Source: a virus (taxonomy: Duplodnaviria; Caudoviricetes). Taken from it: a stretch of DNA of 56,276 nt. Position 1 is the stretch's first letter. Every line of letters starts with the position of its first letter. Positions 28,774 to 38,306 of this stretch are shown here, piece after piece. The notes under the pieces are model-generated. The model was not told where the DNA came from, made no database searches, and saw nothing but the letters and a program-made list of their open reading frames with translations. The translations under genes were made by a program, and so were the position numbers. The DNA is taken from the IMG/VR virus record IMGVR_UViG_3300033148_005213, positions 1 to 56,276 of that record; one strand, written 5' to 3'.

Positions 28774-29088
28774 TTATTTTTTTATTAAATTGGCAAAGAA
28801 TTTTTTAATTTTTTTGCAAGACATTTTAAAATTAGCAAAAGTATAATCCTCTCTAATTATTCTTATTGGTGGTGGAGGTGGGCATTTTGGTAAATTCATC
28901 ATTCCAAATGTATCTGTTGTTTCACCAATTAATTTCGGCAAATTTAATTTTTCATATGCAATTCCTGGATTATCTTTAATTATTTGGCTTCTTTTTGTCA
29001 ATATTTTAACTCTTCTTCTAATGACTGCAATCGTTCTTGGATTAATCATGTGGAAATTTTCAGGAAACTCAACTTCTTCATTATTCAT
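28774..29088 (-). CDS. Hypothetical protein with polyproline
   Basis: CPPPPPIRIIRED. Confidence 0.6.
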   Translation of the reverse strand: MNNEEVEFPENFHMINPRTIAVIRRRVKILTKRSQIIKDNPGIAYEKLNLPKLIGETTDTFGMMNLPKCPPPPPIRIIREDYTFANFKMSCKKIKKFFANLIKK

Positions 29089-29351
29089 TATTCCATACCT
29101 CTAATTATTTTTAATGCTTCAACCAACATCAACAACATTCCTTCAGTAGTTGATTTTATTTTATTTATATTGAAATTTTCCAATAACTTAATAAAAATAT
29201 CATCATCACCGTTTTTTCCTTCACCTTCACCCATCAATATTAAACCTTTCAATTTATTGACTAAATCTTTGTCAAATGTTTTACATAGCTCATTTAACAT
29301 TTTTGTTTTCATTCGTTTTTGTTTTTTATACTTCATAGTACGTCCATCCAT
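29088..29351 (-). CDS. Hypothetical protein
   Basis: 87-aa ORF coupled to both neighbours. Confidence 0.55.
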   Translation of the reverse strand: MDGRTMKYKKQKRMKTKMLNELCKTFDKDLVNKLKGLILMGEGEGKNGDDDIFIKLLENFNINKIKSTTEGMLLMLVEALKIIRGME

Positions 29352-29611
29352 CCTTTACGAATCTTTTTCTTTTCATTGGTTACAATTGGTTCTGATTGAG
29401 GTTCATCATCTTTAATAAATTCATAAAATGCATTATTTATCTCACTGAGTACATATGATTTACTGTCCACATCCACATCTGGATCAAATGTTTTTTGTAT
29501 ATTTGGAGTCAGATAAACTTTATCTTCATCGGTTGGGTGTTGTTGTACCCACCAAATACTACAAATTTTAACTTTAAATGGTAGTAAATTGTTCATTTCA
29601 TCGATGGTCAT
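29333..29611 (-). CDS. Hypothetical protein with GWMDVL tail (start re-called at MTIDEM)
   Basis: Ends KKKIRKGWMDVL; GGAG SD. Confidence 0.65.
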   Translation of the reverse strand: MTIDEMNNLLPFKVKICSIWWVQQHPTDEDKVYLTPNIQKTFDPDVDVDSKSYVLSEINNAFYEFIKDDEPQSEPIVTNEKKKIRKGWMDVL

Positions 29612-29813
29612 TTTCATTCTCCATTTTATCATCAACATAATCAATACAATCTAAACAACAATCATCATGCAAATATTCTTTATTTCTACCATACATCATT
29701 TTTTCTTCAATTATTTGAGTATATCTATAATATACTTCATTTATTCTAATTGTGCAACAACAAAATGAACATTGTCGAAATTTCTTAGATTTTCTTTTTT
29801 CACGATTAATCAT
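29598..29813 (-). CDS. Zinc-binding hypothetical protein
   Basis: KSKK...CSFC...I...E.Y...CLDC. Confidence 0.6.
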   Translation of the reverse strand: MINREKRKSKKFRQCSFCCCTIRINEVYYRYTQIIEEKMMYGRNKEYLHDDCCLDCIDYVDDKMENENDHR

Positions 29814-29840
29814 CTTTAAAATTCCACCTTACGTATTTCT

Positions 29841-29909
29841 GCCCTTTAAATTTCGCAAAACTATTTCTAGTTGATACATTTACTGTTGAAAATAGTTTTG
29901 CGGTTTAAA
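29841..29909 (-). repeat. Conserved 3' hairpin element, copy 2
   Basis: Identical to 14482-14550. Confidence 0.9.
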
Positions 29910-29915
29910 GTATGT

Positions 29916-30239
29916 TTAAATTACGTCTAACCAACCACGTTTCTTTTTAGGTTTTACAGGATCTTTTACAAAATTACCTGTAAACTGTTCAACAAATTCA
30001 ATTTCGCATTCTTCAGACAATCTAAAATGCAACCATTGGCCAACTACTCTAATTTTAACGTTTTTAGTTTTATTAATTTCTTTTATTCTTAAAACGTCAG
30101 TTTCATTCAACATTCTTTTATTTGGCATATATTCAGTAATATTGCATTTTAAAGTCGTGTAGCTAATATCACCTTCAACCCATTTAATCAATCTAATTTT
30201 TTTACCAACATCACGTAAATTTAAATCTTTAACTAACAT
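29916..30239 (-). CDS. Small paralog-family protein (WLDVI tail)
   Basis: MLVKDLNLRDVGKKIRLI...ECEIEFV...KPKKKRGWLDVI; own promoter 30276-30304. Confidence 0.8.
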   Translation of the reverse strand: MLVKDLNLRDVGKKIRLIKWVEGDISYTTLKCNITEYMPNKRMLNETDVLRIKEINKTKNVKIRVVGQWLHFRLSEECEIEFVEQFTGNFVKDPVKPKKKRGWLDVI

Positions 30240-30307
30240 AATCAAACATCCTCACAATTTAATTAACTTATTAGAAATATACTAAAACTTTTCAAAAATA
30301 GCAAGAC

Positions 30308-31999
30308 TTATTTAAACTTTTTAACAAATACTTTATTCCCAGCATCAAAAATTCTATAATAATCATTAGCAATCATATTTTGATATTCATTCAAACTTTC
30401 ATTATAGACTGATAATAGTTTATTTAGCTTGTATTTTTGGTATTTCATTCTATTTTCAAGTCCACAATATTTTGAATCAAGTCTGAAATAAAAATAGTTA
30501 GGTGCAGATATGGAAATCTCTTCAAAATCATTAGCTAAATAACCTTTACCATTGAAATATCTTAAATCAACATATGTCAATAAATTTTGAGGTGAATATC
30601 TCAGTGAAAAATACGTCAACATTTTTGAAAATCCTCCTATAACGGAAAAATTCATTTTCGTAGCTAATCTTAACAATTCGTGTTGATATTTTTTATTAAA
30701 TCTTGACTTACCAATTCCAATACAAGATACTAATTCATTTTGATAGAATAATCCAATTTTAATTTTTGATGCAACATAACCTTGTAAATGGTTGGTATCT
30801 AAAAAATTTCTATATTCAGAAACTGATATTTCTTTAACTTCACATTTACGACCATATATTCGTTTATTCAATCCTAATTTTGATTTTAAAATAGATTTGA
30901 CTATGTCTTGTTTTTCATTCCATTCATTTTCAAAAATTTGAATTATTTGAATGTCTTTATCAACAAAATGTTTATATTTATCATAATGATATGTTTTACT
31001 TTTAAATTGATCAGAATGCCAGTATAAACCATGAAATTCTATACCCAATTTAAGTTCAGGTAAATAAACATCCAATTCATATCCAAAAGTTCCATTTGCA
31101 TTTCTTTCTCTTTGCCCATGAACATAATTTGTAATGTTATTTTCTTTTAAAAAATCAATTATTTCTAATTCATAATGAGATTGATATCCACTAGTATAAC
31201 ATCCACAAGATATTTTTTGAATATATACTGAATTAGTTTCAATTACATTACCACACCTCAAACATTCATAGTTAAATTTTTTATATTCGGGATCTATGAA
31301 ATTATCATACTCAAACAATCTTTTTAATTTCTTTCTATCAATCTGTAAATTAAAAGTATCCCAAGTTTTAATACGCCTGTTGACTAATACTTTATAGAGT
31401 ACTGATTTTTTATTGAAATGATATTTTACATTATGTGTTTTTAAATTAGTGGATTCACGTTTTTCACGAATTTTATATTTTTGAGTATCTGTTTTATTTT
31501 TATTGCTGATACTTATTTGTTCTTTATTACAATAATTTTCATCACCATATTTTTTTAATTTGGTTTTCTTGCATTGCTCTATATTATTATAATTTTCATC
31601 ACCATATTTTTGTAGTTTTGTTTGTTTGCTTTTTTTAATTAGATTTTCTCTATATTTGACATCTTTATTTAATTCAGTCATTATTTTTGATTTGTATTTT
31701 TTATATACTTCTTTTCCTTCTTTGGAATTACCACATTCTTTACAACAGAAAAATCTATATTTACCATCTTTACCTGATAAGAATGAAACTTCCTTTTTGC
31801 AAACTGGACAGGATGGTCTTTTAGTGATATCATTTTTCAAACAATATTTTAATTCAGTAATTGCTTTAATATCATCATAAAATGGAACATGTTTTTTAAT
31901 AGTTGTGATTTGTTCATGGCTCCAATTGTCTTTATTTTTCCATTTGGAGTTAAGATTGCTAAATGTATTTAAATAATTTATAATATCTTGTTTGTTCAT
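30308..31999 (-). CDS. Putative free-standing homing endonuclease (Hef-like architecture)
   Basis: CPVC Zn motif, repeated KxTxLxKYGDENY, nuclease-like ELDVYLPELKLGIEFHGLYWHS, C-terminal FL..NHLQG / ELLR / IFDAG region. Confidence 0.7.
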   Translation of the reverse strand: MNKQDIINYLNTFSNLNSKWKNKDNWSHEQITTIKKHVPFYDDIKAITELKYCLKNDITKRPSCPVCKKEVSFLSGKDGKYRFFCCKECGNSKEGKEVYKKYKSKIMTELNKDVKYRENLIKKSKQTKLQKYGDENYNNIEQCKKTKLKKYGDENYCNKEQISISNKNKTDTQKYKIREKRESTNLKTHNVKYHFNKKSVLYKVLVNRRIKTWDTFNLQIDRKKLKRLFEYDNFIDPEYKKFNYECLRCGNVIETNSVYIQKISCGCYTSGYQSHYELEIIDFLKENNITNYVHGQRERNANGTFGYELDVYLPELKLGIEFHGLYWHSDQFKSKTYHYDKYKHFVDKDIQIIQIFENEWNEKQDIVKSILKSKLGLNKRIYGRKCEVKEISVSEYRNFLDTNHLQGYVASKIKIGLFYQNELVSCIGIGKSRFNKKYQHELLRLATKMNFSVIGGFSKMLTYFSLRYSPQNLLTYVDLRYFNGKGYLANDFEEISISAPNYFYFRLDSKYCGLENRMKYQKYKLNKLLSVYNESLNEYQNMIANDYYRIFDAGNKVFVKKFK

Positions 32000-32085
32000 G
32001 TATTTGAAATCCTTCTTTATATAATAAAGTATATACTAAAAATATTTATAAAAGTCAAGTTAAATAAAAATTATTTTTGAGAAAT

Positions 32086-32117
32086 AAAAAAGAGTCTCAT
32101 AAAGAGACTCTTTTTTT
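32086..32117 (-). terminator. Terminator after the major capsid gene
   Basis: AAAAAAGAGTCTC-ATAAA-GAGACTCTTTTTT. Confidence 0.85.
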
Positions 32118-32135
32118 GTGTTACTATGTTATTGA

Positions 32136-33587
32136 TTACGCAATACTTGAACCTGTCAAGTCTACATCGAAAAATGTCAAGTATCTTTCGGCACCAAACG
32201 GATTCGTGCGATATCCTGCTCTTTGGCTAAACGCTACCTTCTGTCTTTCTGGGTTATTGAAATCATTTGCATGAGAAATTCTCAAGCTTTCGTATGGACA
32301 ATAGAATACACCAGCTTTGCTATCATCATTACCCTTATACCCAACCATCATGAAATCTGCTATAATAGCGTCCATGGTAGTCATGTAGTAATTAATTCCA
32401 TCAAGATTACCAACCTTAATGATTCCAGCTTGGTCACCACCATCATCAGCTAAACTTTTGCTGAATCCAGTTTGCATTTCCAATACAGTCGCAATCTTCG
32501 GAGTGATTAGAGCAAAGTTACCTCTACCCATCTGAGTTTTAACTGCAATTCTATTTTGTTCATACTTAATTTTTCTTCTTAGGGACATGAATTTTTCAAA
32601 TTCAGAACCAGGTCTACCTGTACCAGTAGCATAACTCCATGCAGTAGAAATTTCTGCATTAGATGTCATAAGATTAAAAAGTTTTCTATTAATTGACATT
32701 GCAAGCTGCCAGTTAATTGCTGTTACTAGTCTTTGCTTCGCGTCATCACCTGTGATATTAGCAAGATCTGTAATAGTTTCTTGAGAAAGTTCAAAAGCAA
32801 GTTTGTGAGATTCAGCTTTAACTTCAACTCTTTCCAGAGAGATTTTCAAGTTTAGCCAATCATTTAGAACTTCACCTTCAGAAGTTGTCATTGGTCCACC
32901 ATAATTACTAAGAATTACAGATCTACCAATTTCATTATTCCATACATTACTCATGTTTAGATCTGCATTTGGTCCTGTTACATACACTGTACCAACAGCA
33001 GGCAAACTTTCACTAGCTTGGATTTTTACTAAAAATTTGCCACCGCCAGCAGCTTCCTCTTTATAAACAATTTTTGCAAGGTTATTACCACCGCCACCAG
33101 CGACTTTTATATGACTTGTTCCAACTACTACAGATGCATATTGCCCTGCATTCATTTCAATTCTAACTACATTAGAATCAAATATTGGATCGGCAGTTAA
33201 GCCTCTATCAAGGTTTGTTAACAAAGCATCTGTACCATTTGCGTCATTTCCCCCATAGTAAAAGCGTTCAACGTAGAAAAACGAGGATGCTTGATTCAAT
33301 GGCTGAAAACCAACTACTTCTAACAAGTGTGTCTTGGACATTGACTCCCTGAAAATAGGAACTTTCATATCTTTGAAAAATTGTAAATCAGTATGAAGAT
33401 TTGCATCTTCATTAATCATATTTTCAATAAGAAGTGCAGTTGACATTCTGAATTTTTTATTCATTGGGCTAAATTGTTCGTCATCAATAACTGATGCATA
33501 CGTTTCTAGCAATAGTGCAGATTTTGATTTTTGAAGTTCATATGCTTCAACGATTTTATCTTTTTGTTCCATTATTAGTGGCTCCAT
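32136..33587 (-). CDS. gp23: Major capsid protein, T4 gp23-like
   Basis: VGFQPL, SQE...DL, INR, T..GRGN, VGYKG, AGVFYCPY, NPF motifs; late promoter 33611-33618. Confidence 0.93.
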   Translation of the reverse strand: MEPLIMEQKDKIVEAYELQKSKSALLLETYASVIDDEQFSPMNKKFRMSTALLIENMINEDANLHTDLQFFKDMKVPIFRESMSKTHLLEVVGFQPLNQASSFFYVERFYYGGNDANGTDALLTNLDRGLTADPIFDSNVVRIEMNAGQYASVVVGTSHIKVAGGGGNNLAKIVYKEEAAGGGKFLVKIQASESLPAVGTVYVTGPNADLNMSNVWNNEIGRSVILSNYGGPMTTSEGEVLNDWLNLKISLERVEVKAESHKLAFELSQETITDLANITGDDAKQRLVTAINWQLAMSINRKLFNLMTSNAEISTAWSYATGTGRPGSEFEKFMSLRRKIKYEQNRIAVKTQMGRGNFALITPKIATVLEMQTGFSKSLADDGGDQAGIIKVGNLDGINYYMTTMDAIIADFMMVGYKGNDDSKAGVFYCPYESLRISHANDFNNPERQKVAFSQRAGYRTNPFGAERYLTFFDVDLTGSSIA

Positions 33588-33610
33588 ATATTGTTAATTT
33601 GTTTTTTAAT

Positions 33611-33618
33611 TATTTATA
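33611..33618 (-). promoter_or_regulatory. T4-type late promoter TATAAATA (representative)
   Basis: Also on minus at 951, 7222, 20210, 35793, 37894, 41232, 44304, 47428, 49592, 54731 and on plus at 24223, 26633, mostly just upstream of virion genes. Confidence 0.85.
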
Positions 33619-33620
33619 TT

Positions 33621-34442
33621 TTATTTATTTTTAGGTGCAAGTTTCAACCACTTCTGAATTTGCTTTTCTTTTTCAGTTAGTTGTTTCTCTTCAGTTGTAG
33701 TATCTTCAGTATCTACATTTTCATTTACAATTAATTCCTTTTCAGGTTCATCTTTTTTTGTTTTTTCTTTAATGAGAATTACATCGACAACCTTTGTCAA
33801 TTCTTCAGCATATTTTTCTTTAGATTCAAACACAATTGATCTAGTAAGAAATTTAAAATCTGATTTTTGTTTTTCAGTTAAGTCTTTAATTAGCTCAGAT
33901 TCAACTTTTTCTTTAGAAATATCTTCAAGTTGCTCAGTTACTGCCTTAAATTCTTTATACATAACATTGTAATCAGATTTAGCTTTAGCCAATTCTTTTT
34001 CGTTTTTCACTTCATCTTCAACATTTTCTACAACTATACCGTATTTTTCAATTAGTTGTTTATAATTTTTGTGAATTTGAACTGCTTCATCAAGCATTGC
34101 AATATTTTCGTAAACAACTTTATTATCTTCAACGAGTTCTTTAGACACATGCTTCATGTATTCAGAAAACTTAATTTTCAAATCTTCAAGTTCTTTAGCA
34201 GATTGTTTTTCATATTGTTCTGACAAATCAGTGAGTTTTTTATCATTTTCTTCAACTTTCGTATCAAAGTCAGTTTTTTGCTCTTCAGTTTTAACATCAA
34301 AGTCTTTTTGCATTTTTTCAACTCTGGTTTGCACATCTACATTAACCATTTCGTCAAAAGTGCTTTCGATTTGTTCAATCAACTCATCATTGAAAATTTT
34401 TTCATCAATTGATTTGAACAATTCTTTCAATTCTTTTTTCAT
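33621..34442 (-). CDS. gp22: Prohead core / scaffolding protein
   Basis: Acidic coiled coil between gp21 and gp23; DLTEKQK..F..L motif. Confidence 0.8.
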   Translation of the reverse strand: MKKELKELFKSIDEKIFNDELIEQIESTFDEMVNVDVQTRVEKMQKDFDVKTEEQKTDFDTKVEENDKKLTDLSEQYEKQSAKELEDLKIKFSEYMKHVSKELVEDNKVVYENIAMLDEAVQIHKNYKQLIEKYGIVVENVEDEVKNEKELAKAKSDYNVMYKEFKAVTEQLEDISKEKVESELIKDLTEKQKSDFKFLTRSIVFESKEKYAEELTKVVDVILIKEKTKKDEPEKELIVNENVDTEDTTTEEKQLTEKEKQIQKWLKLAPKNK

Positions 34443-34469
34443 TTTATAAATTCCTCTATTATGAATTTT

Positions 34470-35141
34470 CTATCTTTTTATTTTATTTATATTTAAAATA
34501 TTTTTAAATCTTTCAATTATTTGTTTATCAAATTGTTTTCTTCTAAATTTATTATTATTCAAATCTTTAATAAATTTTTCCAAGTCTTCTTCAGATACAT
34601 TATTAGTAAGCATTAAATCTTGCTGCTCTCTAATTAGTCTTATAGCTGAATCTGCTGATGGTCTTAATACTGCATCCCAAGTAATGAGATTATAATCTTC
34701 ATCCACATAACCATCTGATAAAACTGTTCCAGATCCCCTTGAAGAAACTCCAGGTACACTTTCTTCTGCAACTGCTTTTAATAAATCACCTTTAGGGGTT
34801 GGTAAAATTAAAGCCTTACCATATAGAATATTCCCCTGCCATGACAATTCAGTTATTACATGAGATAAACGTTCCCATTGTAGATCAAGATCTTTTGGAT
34901 GTCCTAATTCACCCCATGATTTTTTTATATTGATTAATTTTTGAAATTTATTAACTTCTCTTTCTAAAATATGTTTTCTATATGTTCTAGGATTTCTTAA
35001 TTGAACATCAGCTTGAGAAAATAAACCTGTTATATAACATTTTTTTTCTTTGCCTTCATCTATTATAGATTCATATTTTATATCTTGGCAATCTTCATAG
35101 AGCCATCCAGTCCCTTTGCTATTGCCTTCTAATATTAACAT
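34470..35141 (-). CDS. gp21: Prohead protease
   Basis: GELGHP, SHVI, TPKG, GVSSRGSG, WDAV..PS. Confidence 0.95.
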   Translation of the reverse strand: MLILEGNSKGTGWLYEDCQDIKYESIIDEGKEKKCYITGLFSQADVQLRNPRTYRKHILEREVNKFQKLINIKKSWGELGHPKDLDLQWERLSHVITELSWQGNILYGKALILPTPKGDLLKAVAEESVPGVSSRGSGTVLSDGYVDEDYNLITWDAVLRPSADSAIRLIREQQDLMLTNNVSEEDLEKFIKDLNNNKFRRKQFDKQIIERFKNILNINKIKR

Positions 35142-35237
35142 TTGTTCCTCTTTGTTTCTAATTAACTTTACGGAATGCTCATATTTCTATAAGCATTCTA
35201 AAAATCAATTATATTGTTTTACTTATTATTTATCCTA

Positions 35238-35759
35238 TTATATTACTTTACTCTTATATGCAAAATCATCTAATGCGAAAGTCGCAGTGAATGTACTAAT
35301 TGTTGAAGGTGAATCTTGATCATATGCAATTTCGCCAACTTCAGTAATAAACATTCCTAAAAATTCCCATGTAGCAAGTATTGAAGCATTGTCACCTAAT
35401 TGATGCAAGTCAAGATTTTTCTTAACATCGCCAATTGCTCCTCTTGAATTTGTCAATGTATCAATAACTAGACTCTGCCATAGCTGACAATAATTGTATG
35501 ATTTCATTGCACCATCTATTCTGAAAGTGATTGTTACTGTTGATACTGTTGAATCGCCAGGAACTTTATACTGAACGCCTTGCCAATTGATAATAATTTC
35601 TTCAGTTGTTTTAACCGGAGTTGCAATTGATTGAATGAAGTAAGCCATGTCATCTTCTTCGTTATTTCCAAGTGCTGGAAAATCAGCATAGAATCTATTT
35701 ATCTTAGCAGGTGTTCCCAACTTTGCTTTTAATGTACTTAATGACGGATCGAAAGCCAT
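35238..35759 (-). CDS. gp19: Tail tube protein
   Basis: NRF, KVPGD....TVTITF, Q, VGEI.YD, F.ATFA motifs; late promoter. Confidence 0.85.
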   Translation of the reverse strand: MAFDPSLSTLKAKLGTPAKINRFYADFPALGNNEEDDMAYFIQSIATPVKTTEEIIINWQGVQYKVPGDSTVSTVTITFRIDGAMKSYNYCQLWQSLVIDTLTNSRGAIGDVKKNLDLHQLGDNASILATWEFLGMFITEVGEIAYDQDSPSTISTFTATFALDDFAYKSKVI

Positions 35760-35812
35760 TTTAACCTCTATATTATATCGTTATTTTTTATATATTTATA
35801 TTTTGAAAATTG

Positions 35813-36250
35813 TTATTTTTCATTTTTTGCCTTCCAGCCTTTTTCAATGTAATCAAAAAATTCTTTTTTCTTTGCATCAGGAAGTTCATCGATTTCATCT
35901 GCTTTATAACCAAACTTTTTTAATGCCTGGTCAAAAAACTTTTTATAGGCTACTTTTCCACCTTCTTTCTGTTCAGCTTCTAAATTTATTTCTAAATCAC
36001 CAGCAATTAAATCACCACATTTAGGACACTTCTCAGGATATCTACCTTTTGAAATTGGTAATTCAAGTCCACAATGATCGCAAATCTTTTTAACTCTAAA
36101 ATGTTTCATGTATGCTGTTTTTTGTTTATCAGCAAATGTTAAAAAATTAGTTTTAAATGTTTTTGGTTGTTTGTCTTTATAGGTTTGTACATCTGTCGTT
36201 AAATTTGCTTCTTCAGTTAATTTTTTATATAATTCTTCAAATTTTATCAT
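35813..36250 (-). CDS. Putative internal head protein with zinc ribbon
   Basis: MIKFEELYKKLTEE start; CDHC...CPKC; YKKFF..ALKKFG...KKEFFDYI tail. Confidence 0.55.
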   Translation of the reverse strand: MIKFEELYKKLTEEANLTTDVQTYKDKQPKTFKTNFLTFADKQKTAYMKHFRVKKICDHCGLELPISKGRYPEKCPKCGDLIAGDLEINLEAEQKEGGKVAYKKFFDQALKKFGYKADEIDELPDAKKKEFFDYIEKGWKAKNEK

Positions 36251-36257
36251 TTATTTT

Positions 36258-37865
36258 TTACCCTATGTTGAAATTTATTTCTATATCAAAATTTTCTACT
36301 AATGACTTTAACCATACTGTCACCCAAAATTTCAGTACTCCTGTATCGTAAACAAAATTTATTGAATCTGAATAAGTATATTCTCGTAAAGATTTTAATA
36401 CATCCTGAATTTCATTTATTATTGTTTCTCTTTTATTGTTCAATTCTCGTGAATGTATAATACTATAAGTACTTTGAATTTCTAATAATTTATATCGCAG
36501 TTCTTCAATTATTGCTGAATTAAATAAATTCTTTATAATCAATTTATCGTGAATTATTTTATTGCCATATATTTTAGAAATTCCTTTTCTATCTATAATC
36601 AAATTTAATTTCTTTTCAGCAAAATATTTTCTATCACTTTCAGTTGGTTTAAATAATAACTTATAATTTCCTATTACATCATCTAAATCAATTGGTTTTT
36701 TCAATTTTTTTTGAAATACTAATCCACCATAAATTCCTAAAAAAGGGAGCCATCTATTTTTACAATTATATACATCATACTTTTTATACATGTTTGTAAT
36801 AATTGACACATTATTTCTATGATTTGTAAAATAGTTATTTCCATTTGCTTCTTTGAAATCATCTATCATTTTTGTTGAAATATCAGTACTTATAAATCTT
36901 GTAACATCATAAGGTCCAACAAAATTAAATACATTATCATCAGTGAATACCTCACCAACTAAATCTACATTATCATCAAATTCAAAACTCAATATTCCTT
37001 TTATAGTGGAATCAGCTTTTAAAACATTTAAAGCATTTATATAATCATTTTCAACTAATGTATAATCATTTGTTGATATTCCAGTAGAATTATAATTCTC
37101 AAAAGAATTGTCTGATAAATCGTGTGTTGATGTATCTACTTTCTTAGTGCTATCACCTAATTTTAAATAAATAAAGTCAAGTTCCCAATCATCAGCAAAA
37201 TATTGTGAATCAGTATCATAAGATAAAATATAAGAATTTTGAAATTTCCATTTTTTATTTTTGTCCTTTTTAAGCACAATTAAACAAAATTCGTCTATAC
37301 TGAAGTTTGGAATTCCTGACGTTAAATTTCTATATGATTTTAAGTTTCCTTCATTGTCTAATAATGATGTATCAAAAATAGTCAAATCAGTATCTGCAAA
37401 TATTGAATCATCATAATTTCCTTGTGTAGAACATACAGAAACAGCTATATTTTCGCTTTCAGTAGTTAAACCATACTTTTGTACATTCTTAGAAATTATC
37501 GTAAATCTGCCACTATATGATAGCAAATCAATGGTTGTTTCAGCTATAGTTGGATTGTAACAATCTTTTATAGCTTCTTTTGTTGGTGTTGCTGTCAATC
37601 CTGCATATTTCAAATCAGCATTGGCAATTAATGTAGTATTAATAGGTCGAACAATTTTTATTCTATCAGAAAAATTCAAAAAATCATCTATCATAAACCA
37701 TTTTTGATAATTATTATCAGTTGGCAAATCTAGAGTATCCAAATTATCTAAAATGTAATTACAATAACCAGTTTCACTATTGCAAATTGCTCCACAATAG
37801 AAAATAAAATCTGTTTGATTGTTTCTTACATTATAATAGTTCGTCTGTTCGACAATATTAATCAT
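36258..37865 (-). CDS. gp18: Divergent tail-sheath paralog (short)
   Basis: NNYQKWF...FL......IVRP and YKKYDVYN..NRWLP..G motifs shared with the other two sheaths. Confidence 0.7.
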   Translation of the reverse strand: MINIVEQTNYYNVRNNQTDFIFYCGAICNSETGYCNYILDNLDTLDLPTDNNYQKWFMIDDFLNFSDRIKIVRPINTTLIANADLKYAGLTATPTKEAIKDCYNPTIAETTIDLLSYSGRFTIISKNVQKYGLTTESENIAVSVCSTQGNYDDSIFADTDLTIFDTSLLDNEGNLKSYRNLTSGIPNFSIDEFCLIVLKKDKNKKWKFQNSYILSYDTDSQYFADDWELDFIYLKLGDSTKKVDTSTHDLSDNSFENYNSTGISTNDYTLVENDYINALNVLKADSTIKGILSFEFDDNVDLVGEVFTDDNVFNFVGPYDVTRFISTDISTKMIDDFKEANGNNYFTNHRNNVSIITNMYKKYDVYNCKNRWLPFLGIYGGLVFQKKLKKPIDLDDVIGNYKLLFKPTESDRKYFAEKKLNLIIDRKGISKIYGNKIIHDKLIIKNLFNSAIIEELRYKLLEIQSTYSIIHSRELNNKRETIINEIQDVLKSLREYTYSDSINFVYDTGVLKFWVTVWLKSLVENFDIEINFNIG

Positions 37866-37962
37866 TAACTACCTGAATTTTATTATTTTATTATATTTAT
37901 ATTTTGTATTTTTATAATAAACTTTATAGAACACTCTTGTTTAAGAATGTTCTAAAAATTAA

Positions 37963-38238
37963 TTATTTTTTAAGTTTCATTTTCTTCCATGAAAAATCTG
38001 CTTTAGTTTTACCACTAACAATATCTTTCAACACTTTCTGGCCACCAATTGGACTGTATGGCTGAGTTTCACCTTTTAATACTAAAAATTCATTATCGCC
38101 TCTCATTGCAACATATGAATTATGCGTTCCACCCAATCCATATCCGGTTGCTACATTTGATCCAACTTTAACATATTTAATATTATCAATAGCTTCATTA
38201 ATTATTTCATTGTAAAATTCCAAAAAACCTTTACTCAT
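37963..38238 (-). CDS. Putative small internal head protein
   Basis: MSKGFLEFYNEIINE start within the late cluster. Confidence 0.5.
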   Translation of the reverse strand: MSKGFLEFYNEIINEAIDNIKYVKVGSNVATGYGLGGTHNSYVAMRGDNEFLVLKGETQPYSPIGGQKVLKDIVSGKTKADFSWKKMKLKK

Positions 38239-38306
38239 TTTTTTTTATCCTATATTATATATTTGAGCAACTTAAATAATTATAAGTAACTCAAACAATT
38301 TTAAAA

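Noticed and set aside
14551-29955. Diversity-generating retroelement: near-identical gene tails (WLNII versus WLDVI) differing at A/G positions and followed by a hairpin
   Set aside because: Only two coding differences, both ordinary transitions; no reverse transcriptase or non-coding template repeat in the window
35141-35238. Missing portal (gp20) between gp19 and gp21 as evidence of a defective phage
   Set aside because: Gene order is often rearranged in distant T4-like phages and the window is only part of the genome
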